Below, one piece after another: positions 24,401-35,388 of a stretch of 64,000 bases of DNA (the first letter of the stretch is position 1; each line of letters starts with the position of its first letter). The stretch is from the NCBI RefSeq assembly GCF_026571515.1, contig NW_026854188.1, forward strand, positions 372,001 through 436,000. The letters are read 5' to 3'. Source of the stretch: Ruditapes philippinarum. Its lineage: Eukaryota. The position numbers and the translations under genes are program-made. The notes below the pieces were generated by a model. That model saw only the letters and a list, made by a program, of their open reading frames with translations. It was not told where the DNA came from and did not search any database.

Positions 24401-27263
24401 TTTTTAGCTCACCTGTACCTGTCACATAGTGACAAGGTGAGATTTTGTGATTGCAATTGGTCCGGAATCTGGCCGGCCAGTGTCTGTCCATTTATAAACT
24501 TATACTTTTAACGACATCTCCTCACAATCTGCCTAATTCAGGTGATCGCCTTCTTGTGATCTTTCAAAAAAGAAAAATTATTGGTGAGCTTTCATTATTT
24601 TGAAAGCAATGCTGTTTTTAATTTTAACTCTTTGATAACCAATACTGGGTTGGTCATTTTCATGATTTCGAGAACAAACATAGAGTTGTCCATATAGGCG
24701 ACAGGTAAATTGTCAAAATAATCTTGTGCTTTAAAAACTGACTATTTTTTCAAGTTAATTTGTTAAAAATTACTTCAAACATATTATATATATAATTTTT
24801 TTTTTAACAAAATCAACCATTTGTTTAACTTTCACGTACATGTATAACGGTATTTTGATATTTTTCTTATGCCTATCTGTAAAATCCGGTTTGATTGCAT
24901 GGCTAAAAAGAGCTTTCTCTGGAAATCAGAAATAAACAGAAGGCAAAACAAATACAGGGGTCATCAGATCTACATGGAAAAAATAAGTAGATTCAAACTT
25001 AAGTCAGATTGCATCACCTCATAAACCGCTAAGTCAATTTCATCAAGGAATGTTTCAAAGAATTGAATTCCATGCAGAACTCTTCTTTCAAAAAACCCAA
25101 AGAGCTAGACCTTAGATATTTGGCATGAAACATCTGGGTGTCTACCACGTTTGTTCAAATAAAAGCCCTGGGGTCAAAAATGGCTTGGCCCAAGGGGGTA
25201 ATTGATTTTCCTTATCTATATAATTAAAAACAAAAAATGTTTATTCTATTACACTAAAGAGGTTTTAGTTTAGATATTTGTTGTGAAACATTGTCTGGTG
25301 AACCTCTACAAAAATAGTTCAACAAAAGCCCTCCTGGGTCAAAATTGGTCCTTTCAGGGGAACATAGATTTTCCTTATATGTATATAGAAAAACAATTTC
25401 TTCTCTCAAACAACAAGAGCTAAAGCTTAGTTTTTGTACATGAAACATTATCTAGAAGACCTCTACTAAGTTTGTTCAAAATTAAGTATTTGGGTGAATA
25501 ATGTTCCCCCTAAGGGGGTCATGTCTTTTCCTGTTATAGTAAATACTTCAAAAATCTCCTTAAATACTGCAAGGGCTACATCTTACGAAATTCAACATGA
25601 AACATAGTCAGGTGAACCACTTTCCATAACAATCACTGTCTTTTCATAGCAACCATTAACTTCCCATAGCAACAAGTGACTTCCATCTGTAGGAATATTT
25701 GACTTTCCATGTCAACCATACGCCTCTTTAGCAACCAGTGGCTTTCCATAGCAACCAGTGCCTTTTCATGGCAACCATTAACTTTTCTATGAACACCAAT
25801 GACTTCCTAAGCAACCATTGGTTTCCATAGCTGCCATAAAGCAACCAGTGATTCCAATATCAACCAGTGACTCACATAGTAACCATTGAGTTTTCATAGA
25901 TTACCTTACCTCTCAATGACTTGCCATAGCAACCAGTGACTTCCATAGCAACCATTTACTTTCCATGGCAACCAGTGCCTTTCCATGGCAACCATTTAAT
26001 TCCCACAGCAACAAGTAAACAATATTGCAACCATTGATTTTCCATAACATCTATGACTTTCATAGCAGACACTTTTAATAGCAACCAGGGATATTCTTTA
26101 GCAATCATTGATTCTAAAAGCACAGCAACCTTAGACTTTCATGGCAACAAGTGATTTCCTTTTGCAATCACTGACTTCCATAGCAACCATTGACTTTCCA
26201 TAGCAACCATGTAATTCCATAGCAACTAGTGAATTCCCATAGCAACCATGTACTTCCATAGCAACCAGTGACTTCCCATAACAATCATTGACTCCCATAG
26301 CAACCACTGACATTCAATTGCAACCAGAGACTTTATTAGCACCCAGTTACTTTCCATACCATCTAGTGACTTGCCATAGCAACCATTGATTTCCATAGCA
26401 ACCAGTGACTACTATTGCCACCATTGACTCTCCATAGCAACCATTGCAACATAGCAACCACTGAATTTCCATAGCAACCATATACTTCTATAGCAAACAG
26501 TGACTTTCTACTGAAACCATTGACTTTCATAGCAAGCAGTGACTTCAAATAGCAATTAGTGACTCTCATATCAACCATTGACTTTACAAAGCAACCATTG
26601 ATTTTCCATAAGGTCATTGACTTACCATAAAAACCATTGACCTTTCATAGCAACTGCCTGCTTCCATAACAACCATTGACTTCTATTGCAATCAGTAACT
26701 TCATAGCAGCCATTGACTTTTCATAGAAAACTGTAAATTCCCATAGCAACCAGGACTTACATAGCAACCAATGACTTACATAGCAAACATTGACTTTTTA
26801 CATATCAACCAGTGACTTCCCTAGCAAACATTTAATTTTCTTAGAAACAAGTGAATCTACCTTGAATTTCATAGCATTCAGTGACTTCCAAAGAAACCAC
26901 TGATTTTGTATAGCAACCAGTGACATCTTTAGTAACTATTGTTTTCCTTTAGCAAAAGCAACCAGTAATGTTTTTACAGGAGTAGGCAGTAGACATTTTA
27001 TTTTATTTAAAGCCTATGAGGACTAGAAACATGCATACTAACGAACAGTGTAATACATCACCATATATACATAATATCCACACTGAATCATCAAATGTTT
27101 GCACTTGCAACATTTCAGATTCAAATATGAACTTTATGATTTCATTTTAAGATTCATGTTTTTATTTCTGCTTTTGCTTATGAATATAGATATACAGTTT
27201 TACTTTTTAGAGTATAGATATTCAGGTGAGCATTAGTATTAGGGCCATCACAGTCGTCTTGTT
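24401..27263 (+). mobile_element. Non-autonomous Helentron-like (HINE / pearl-type) element with internal tandem repeats
   Basis: 5' TTTTTAGCTCACCTG followed by the palindrome GTCACATAGTGAC and AAGGTGAG. 3' TTCAGGTGAGC followed by a degenerate hairpin GGGCCATCA...TCTTGTTT. Internally there are ~158-bp degenerate repeats (25100-25620) and a ~20-bp array. Family assignment rests on recalled structure. Confidence 0.65.
25620..26967. repeat. Degenerate ~20-21-bp tandem array (TTCCATAGCAACCAGTGAC / TTCCATAGCAACCATTGAC)
   Basis: Dozens of CATAGCAACCA and CATGGCAACCA cores at roughly 20-bp spacing. Confidence 0.88.
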
Positions 27264-27629
27264 TAGATCAAGGGAGCTAATCGTCTTTCAAAAATTTAAA
27301 GCATCATGCCTCCAGATTCATTCAAATTTTCATAAAAACTTCCTCTTTTAAGTAAAGTATTGTGAAGTGAACAAAGAAAGTAATTTACACATTGCCAAAG
27401 GCAATTACAGTACATGTAAATTACCAAAAAGGGGTCAAAATATACAAAAATGTCCCTTACAATACGTTACTGGATTAGTAACACAATGGAAATATCCCAT
27501 AATGGTGTATTGACTTTTATTGTAATTACTTTTTACATGGTTTATATATTCACACCTGTTTTGTATATATCTATTAATGAAAGGAATGTGTCAAAAGATT
27601 TGATATTAATACATGTAATAAAATTTATT

Positions 27630-28208
27630 ATCAAAGTTGGTATTGTTCTATCAATAATTCTAGTCGTCTAGATACATACAGTTCTATAAAATATAAATTT
27701 GAATTTGAAAGTTATCTTGATTATTATTAAGGACAAAATATTTCGAGTTGCGAATTACAAAATTTCGCACATCATCTCACGACTTGTTTATTGAAAAGGG
27801 AAGATATACAAACGTACCTAGACTGGAAAGAATATGCAATAATTGTTCTTCGAGACAAATTGAAAACGAATTTCACTTTTTGTTTACATGCTCACAATAT
27901 GCTGACCTTCGCAAAATATATCTCAGACGCTACTATTATACATGGCCTACATTGCAGAAATTGACTAATCTATTATTGTCTGAATCTAAAATAATGGTAA
28001 GAGATCTTTCTAAATATTTATATTATGCAAATTTGATAAGAAAATAGTTTTACAGAACCTAAAACACGTCACAATTATGAATTCATATGTTTTACACTGT
28101 ATTTTTATGCTCCTTGAAAAATCCATGTCTTCTGCCTATTATTATGTTGTATGTGCTATAAACATATATTGTATGTTTAACGCAATAAAATTATTTGAGT
28201 TGAGTTGA
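27630..28208 (+). mobile_element. 5'-truncated LINE (CR1/L2-clade-like) ORF2 3' end
   Basis: Translates to QSWYCSINNSSRLDTY...ITKFRTSSHDLFIEKGRYTNVPRLERICNNCSSRQIENEFHFLFTCSQYADLRKIYL, the C-terminal CCHC-like region of non-LTR RT proteins. It has a stop/frameshift and is followed by AATAAA and a short (TTGAG)n tail. Confidence 0.8.
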
Positions 28209-28960
28209 ATAAATTGTCTTGCATTTTATTGTGTATTTGTTTCTATTCAGTTGAATAGTTTTCAGATTATAGTATCATACATGTGGTATTTTTGTCGCAC
28301 AAAAATGCTTAGAAATTGACCATTGTAATCTCATGATACCTGTAATGCTGATAAGTATTCACAATATCTTTAAACAACAGCTTTGTCTGAACCAATTAGC
28401 AGATTTTGACCAAAATTCATGGGAATTATATTGAGATGCCCCTGCATAACTAGTTAAGTCTGATGGGTTAGTAGGTTACATGGGTCAAGAGTTTACTAGT
28501 ATATTTAATATGGATGTGCCCTGCCTAGTGGTACTCTACAAGAGTTATAATATTTAAATGTTGCCCATGGGATCAAAATTGGCCCTACTATAGGGGTGAC
28601 TTAGCTTGCTTGGACTTATATTGTTCCATCTTGTCTGTTCAAAACGTTATGGCTTAAATTAGTGTCTTATGAATCTATACAAAAGTCACAAAATTAAATG
28701 TACTATACATGTACCAGTCATGCCTCTGAGGCAAAACGATGGTATGAAGTATCTCTATGTGGGTCAAAATTAGCCTTGTTACTTGATGACACAAAGGCAT
28801 ACAGAGGAAAGCACATTTGAACCCTGATGTCACTTCTTATTGCATACTAATATATCTTTGCATTTTCGACCTCAGCAAAACCTTTACATGTTTATACCAC
28901 GCTCTTAAGTGCAAACATCGTCCTGCCTGAGACTCGCTTATGTTTCTTTGACTTGTCTAT

Positions 28961-31342
28961 GAAACTTACTGTAAAAATACCTCCTCAGAAACTTGAGGAA
29001 ACACTGTAAAAATACCTCCTCAGAAACTTTAGGAAACTTACTGTAAAAATACCTCCTCAGAAACTTAAGGAAACTTACTGTAAAAATACCTCCTCAGAAA
29101 CTTTAGGAAACTTACTGTAAAAATACCTGCTCAGAAACTTTAGGAAACTTACTGTTAAAATACCTCCTCAGAAACTTTAGGAAACTTACTGTTAAAATAC
29201 CTCCTCAGAAACTTTAGGAAACACTGTAAAAATACCTCCTCAGAAACTTTAGGAAACTTACTGTAAAAATACCTCCTCAGAAACTTGAGGAAACTTACTG
29301 TAAAAATACCTCCTCAGAAACTTTAGGAAACTTACTGTTAAAATACCTCCTCAGAAACTTTAGGAAACTTACTGTAAAAATACCTTATCAGAAACTTTAG
29401 GAAACTTACTGTTAAAATACCTCCTCAGACACTTAAGGAAACTTACTGTTAAAATACCTCCTCAGAAACTTTAGGAAACTTACTGTAAAAATACCTTCTC
29501 AGAAACTTAAGGAAACTTACTGTTAAAATACCTCCTCAGAAACTTTAGGAAACTTACTGTAAAAATACCTCCTCAGAAACTTTAGGAAACTTACTGTAAA
29601 AATACCTCCTTAGAAACTTAAGGACACATACTGTAAAAATACCTCCTCAGAAACTTTAGGAAACTTACTGTAAATATACCTGCTCAGAAACTTTAGGAAA
29701 CTTACTGTTAAAATACCTCCTCAGAAACTTTAAGAAAACTTACTGTTAAAATAACTTATCAGAAACTTTAGGTTACTTACTGTAAAATACCTCCTCAGAA
29801 ACATTAGGAAACTTACTGTAAAAATACCTCCTCAGAAACTTTAGGAAACTTACTGTTAAAATACCTCCTCAGAAACTTTAGGAAACTTACTGTTAAAATA
29901 CCTCCTCAGAAACTTTAGGAAACTTACTGTAAAAATACCTGCTCAGAAACTTTAGGAAACTTACTGTAAAAATACCTCCTCAGAAACTTTAGGAAACTTA
30001 CTGTAAAAATACCTCCTCAGAAACTTTAGGAAACTTACTGTAAAAATACCTCCTTAGAAACTTAAGGACACATACTGTAAAAATACCTCCTCAGAAACTT
30101 TAGGAAACTTACTGTAAATATACCTGCTCAGAAACTTTAGGAAACTTACTGTTAAAATACCTCCTCAGAAACTTTAAGAAAACTTACTGTTAAAATACCT
30201 TATCAGAAACTTTAGGTTACTTACTGTAAAATACCTCCTCAGAAACATTAGGAAACTTACTGTAAAAATACCTGCTCAGAAACTTTAGGAAACTTACTGT
30301 TAAAATACCTCCTCAGAAACTTTAGGAAACTTACTGTTAAAATACCTCCTCAGAAACTTTAGGAAACTTACTGTAAAAATACCTCCTCAGAAACTTTAGG
30401 AAACTTACTGTTAAAAATACCTCCTCAGAAACTTTAGGAAACTTACTGTTAAAATACCTTCTCAGAAACTTTAGGAAACTTACTGTTAAAATACCTCCTC
30501 AGAAACTTTAGGAAACTTACTGTTAAAATACCTCCTCAGACACTTAAGGAAACTTACTGTTAAAATACCTCCTCAGACACTTTAGGAAACTTACTGTAAA
30601 AATACCTCCTTAGAAACTTAAGAAAACTTACTGTTAAAATACCTCCTCAGACACTTTAGGAAACTTACTGTAAAAATACCTCCTTAGAAACTTAAGGAAA
30701 CTTACTGTAAAAATACCTTCTTCAGAAACTTTAGGAAACTTACTGTAAAATACCTTCTCAGAAACTTAAGGAACTTACTGTTAAAATACCTCCTCAGAAA
30801 CTTTAGGAAACTTACTGTAAAAAACCTTCCTTAGAAACTTAGGAAACTTTACTGTAAAAATACCTTCTCAGAAACTTTAGGAAACTTACTGTTAAAATAC
30901 CTTCTCAGAAACTTTAGGAAACTTACTGTTAAAATACCTCCTCAGAAACTTTTAGGAAACTTACTGTTAAAATACCTCCTCAGACACTTAAGGAAACTTA
31001 CTGTTAAAATACCTCCTCAGACACTTTAGGAAACTTACTGTAAAAATACCTCCTTAGAAACTTAAGAAAACTTACTGTTAAAATACCTCCTCAGACACTT
31101 TAGGAAACTTACTGTAAAAATACCTCCTTAGAAACTTAAGGAAACTTACTGTAAAAATACCTTCTCAGAAACTTTAGGAAACTTACTGTAAAAATACCTT
31201 CTCAGAAACTTAAGGAAACTTACTGTTAAAATACCTCCTCAGAAACTTTAGGAAACTTACTGTAAAAATACCTCCTTAGAAACTTAAGGAAACTTACTGT
31301 AAAAATACCTTCTCAGAAACTTTAGGAAACTTACTGTTAAAA
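28961..31342. repeat. 37-bp tandem satellite, ~64 copies, with 444-bp higher-order duplications
   Basis: Unit GAAACTTACTGTAAAAATACCTCCTCAGAAACTTTAG. Period checked at 29041 and 29078. Diagnostic variants recur exactly 444 bp apart. Confidence 0.96.
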
Positions 31343-31988
31343 AGGAATTGACCGGTAGAGGAGCAAGGTATGGTATTATCGACAGTATACATCAAAATTC
31401 AACCTAAAATCTTATTGGTTAACTAAAGTGTTCGAGAATATTGCAAATACGATTAACGAGTGTTGGTAGCTGAATGCTTTTATGTTTAAAAGGTGATTAT
31501 ATTATTTTTAATTTATGAGAACCACTCAGGTTTGAAGACACTAAATGGCTGGTGTTACCGACAGTTGTACGGTATTATCGACACAATAAAAAAATGATAA
31601 AATATTGTATGTTAAACTTTAGTTTTTAGATTTTTCAGGTAAAATAATATACAAAACGATGTATTACATACCTTTTATACCTGTGCAAGATATTAACCAC
31701 GCAGTCAGATATAGTGAAGAAGCTTGTAGAAGGCGTCATTGCACGGCTTACCAAGACGAAGTGTGAAAATTGTATACTTTTGTGGATATAAGAATAAAAA
31801 GACAAACGGAATATTTTATTATTTTATTTCTTTTCCTTTAAATCATGATTTTACTATGTATTCTCTTAGTTATTTATTTATTATTACTAACAATCATAAA
31901 TAACTTCAATAAACATTTTATTACAAATACTGTGGCAGGTTTTAACTTTGCTTTCTGCTGGAGGTTTGACATAGGAAGAGGTAAACAA

Positions 31989-34481
31989 CTAGCAGAACTC
32001 ACAAGTAAAATTGTAACCTGAGATTTCGCTAGCTGTTTTACCAACAAATTCTTCAATATCAGTACACTCGATATGCCACCATCTAGAGCAGCTATCACAT
32101 CCTATCCATTCCTCTGGCAAACCTTCAGCAGAATGGCAACCAGGACACACTTCTGCCTCATCGTAATCGCTGTCATCCATGTACGAGATTTCCATCTCTT
32201 CATTTTCATTCTCACTATCACTACATTTATCAGATTTTTTGCATTTCATTTTTTTCTTAAAAGCTTTCTTAAGTTCTCTCTCCCTTTTCTTTTTCTCTTT
32301 CTCCTGCTCTCGCTCAAGTTTTTTTCTCTCTCTCTCTATCTTTCTTGCTTGTTTTTCTTCTTCTTCTTTTTTTTTCTTTTCATCCCTTTCTTTCATCATT
32401 TTCAATGCAACTGATCCGGACAGAGCTTTTGGCAGCTTACCCCGCAAAGTATTATTTGTTTTTTTAGCTTTAATTTCTGGTACTCTAAGTTTAAAGAATG
32501 CTGGGGAAACATAATCTGGAGAACGGACATTTTGTGAAAGGATTTTAAGTGGCTGTTGAAGTAACGGAGTGGATTGCTGTACAGATATATCGGTTGACGG
32601 GTTCGAACTCGGCACAGTAGCTTGGACTGAACCAGAAGATGTACAAGGATCAGAGCTAGAATCAGAAGAAGGGATTTGTAATGTACATGCCATGCTAACC
32701 TGGTCTACATTCACACTTTTTGTTAGTTCTGCCTGGTTCGAACTCGGCACAGTAGCTTGGACTGAACCAGAAGATGTACAAGGATCAGAGCTAGAATCAG
32801 AAGAAGGGATTTTAAATGTACATGCCATGCTAACATGGTCTACATTCACACTTTTTGTTAGTTCTGGCTGGATGAGTGGGGCAGACAACTTTGAAGGGCC
32901 TAACTTTGAAAGATCAATCCCTTTAATAGACAGTGGGTATAAACCTGACCTCTTAAATGCACTTATACTATTGGCTAATGTTGTTACCTTGTCCCAGGCT
33001 GTTTTGAAAACGCTTGGGAAATGGTATTTGGTAAATGGTTGCCCAAGATTTTCCATTTGCCAAGCTTTAACAGCCACAGACCATTTCATTTTCATTGGAC
33101 TAAAAAGTCCAATGTCACAAGCCTGCAACACATGCGTTGCATTAGCGAGTAGACAGTAGAGTATTATGCTGTTATCAGCACAATACTCTGCTGCTACTCG
33201 ACTGATATGCGTACTATGGCCATCTACAAATAAAATCACTGGTTTATGAATGGATTTATCATCAACAAAAGCATTGAATTCTCTAAGAAAGGATAGGAAC
33301 AAATCTGAATCCATCCATCCGTTAGCAGAATGACCATAAATGGCCTCAGGAAACCCAGATAAAGCATCATCACGAAACCGCTGCCCAGGATACACTATTA
33401 AAGGTGGCATATAATCCCCACTGGCATTCAAGCATGCCATCACAGTTATCTGAGTTTTGTCACTAGACAAAACCTGATATACATGCCTGCTCCCTTGTGG
33501 AGCAAGAACCTTTTTTGATGTCACGCTTATTGGAAAGCCCGACTCATCGGCATTGAAGATTCGTTTTGGATCTCCTATCAGCTTCTGAAAGTCGGGTACC
33601 TCCTTTTCAAGGTACTCAAATAGACCCTTGTACCAACCTGCAAATAAAGACAAAGGGCTATATGCAAGTATGTATGCGATTAAAAAGATAAGGAATCATC
33701 TTTGCAGTTCAGAATAAGAAATAATTATGAACTTGAGGCACTTACCATCGACCATCTCGTAAGAGATTGAAGCTCTCTGGTGCCCTAACCTTGTTGAAAT
33801 TTCCGGGTTCCTGGTCGTAAAGGCTTTATACCATGCCTTACCAGGTAAATTGTCAGTGAACTTTGTTTTCCTTCCATCAGTATCCAGCACTCGCTTCACT
33901 TCGTACAGAAGCTCTTTCCTAGTAAGTGGGTACCCTTAAATAATATATATATATGAAGGCATCTTGAAAAGAAAAAGAACACCTCAATTTTGATTGTTTA
34001 TTGATCTATGTTAATAAATAAAATCAAAGCGTGGCTTCATTTATAGATAAATTATTTTTATATTTTTTTTTTGACAAGTTACATGGCCTTATATGAACAG
34101 TTATTTGTAGTATATTGCAAATAACCGTTTATATATATGTATGTCACATAACATGTTAATAATCTTTATTACAAATTAATAATTGTACAGAAATATCATT
34201 TATGTTTTGAAATCTGTATTCATACCTATTTCTGCCATCAATGTAATGTAGTTAACTAGTGTCTTCTCTTCTGCCTGTGTTAACTCGGGTTTGCTGCCAG
34301 GCGGGGTGGGGTCCATAGGCACCCTGCCATATAATTTATCCAATAGGGTGGTTCTTGGGACCCCAAATACCTTCGAGGCTTTGGACTTAGACATTAAGCC
34401 CTCCTGGATCGCACTGATAGCACTGGACATTTTGCTTGGGCTATATGTAACCCTCTTTTTAACCTTTAGCTGATTTGACAT
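31989..34481 (-). CDS. pogo-type transposase: HTH_psq + CENP-B-type HTH + DDE_1 (DD35D) + charged coiled coil + PHD finger, ~697 aa, 3 coding exons
   Basis: Exons 34481-34226 (MSNQ...ASKVFGVPRTTLLDKLYGR...LTQAEEKTLVNYITLMAEI G|gtatg), 33934-33746 (GYPLTRKEL...NLPGKAWYKAFTTRNPEIS...G|gtaag) and 33637-31989. Catalytic motifs IFNADESG, LFVDGHSTH and LQACDIG, with 35 residues between the 2nd and 3rd Asp. C-terminal CPGC...WIGCDSCSRWWHIEC...CEFC (C4HC3). Probable non-coding 5' exon ends at 34804 (CAG|gtaag). Confidence 0.88.
32600..32868. repeat. In-frame 135-bp (45-aa) tandem duplication in the transposase linker
   Basis: GTTCGAACTCGGCACAGTAGC starts at 32601 and again at 32736. The peptide ELTKSVNVD.VSMACT..IPSSDSSSDPCTSSGSVQATVPSSN occurs twice. 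Confidence 0.9.
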
Positions 34482-35388
34482 TCTATAAATAGGAAAATGG
34501 ATATAGTTCACTTTAAATTGATCAAAACATTTCTTTTACATATAATTAAGTATTTTTTAGTAAGTGAAAGACTATAAAAATATTTATTGGTGCAAGTCAT
34601 AAGTATGTCGATAACACAGACCCTTGCTTATTTTAGGATTGTGTTATCGACACCCACGCATATTATGACTATTCGAGTTTTACAACATTTAGTGGTTTGA
34701 AACCATTTCAACATCTACAGATAACACCGTCATTTCAAAAATAATAAGGCGCGCTCGCGTGTTTATCACAGTAATACGAATATAACATAACACCGTCTCT
34801 TACCTGATGACGTAAGCGGCTTGGTCGTCTCACTCTTCTCAAAAATTTTGACGATAAATGTTGACAGAAAAATGTCCTGATGTTCAAAACTTCGCGGGTT
34901 TGGACTTTTACGTAATATGTGACGTAATTTGATACAATATGACGTAATACATGATTACAATAAATATATGTCGATAATTACAACCTGTCGATAATACCAT
35001 ACCTTGCTCATGTATGTATGGTTATTTAAACCGTATTACAAAGATTTTCTAGACATTGTTTACGTTTTAAAATCATCCGTGAGAATGACGATCTGCCTAC
35101 CGTTATGAAGGCGACTTGTGTTTCGTTGATATCAATGAATACAAAACAACATTTAAAATTGTATTGTCCTGATATTAGGTATTTATCACATACCCGTGCC
35201 GCTTTTGCGACTCCTTAAAAAAACGGTATTGCATGACGTACCGTGCATACATTTTGACATGGCGTCATTTACGTTATACAAACATAGCGTAAAGACGCGC
35301 TAAATGTTAACGTTACACTCATAATGAAAATGTTATTCTTTTTCACTGTAAACAATTTTTATTTTGGTATGTGATAAGTAAGATATTA

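Larger units (their letters stand above)
31358..35012 (-). mobile_element. pogo-superfamily DNA transposon (DD35D), apparently full length
   Basis: Perfect 25-bp inverted repeats GAGCAAGGTATGGTATTATCGACAG at 31361-31385 and 34985-35009. TA lies symmetrically outside them (31356-57 and 35013-14). Subterminal TTATCGACA-like repeats occur at both ends. The element encloses a spliced transposase gene. Confidence 0.88.

Noticed and set aside
26131-26617. ORFs with VAMEV/GCYGKS repeats
   Set aside because: Translations of the ~20-bp degenerate tandem array.
28961-31342. CRISPR-like 37-bp repeats next to a nuclease-fold gene
   Set aside because: No spacers. The adjacent gene is a pogo DDE transposase bounded by its own TIRs, and the array lies outside them.
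32073-33159. Plus-strand ORFs of 113, 111 and 196 aa
   Set aside because: Antisense shadows of the transposase exon.
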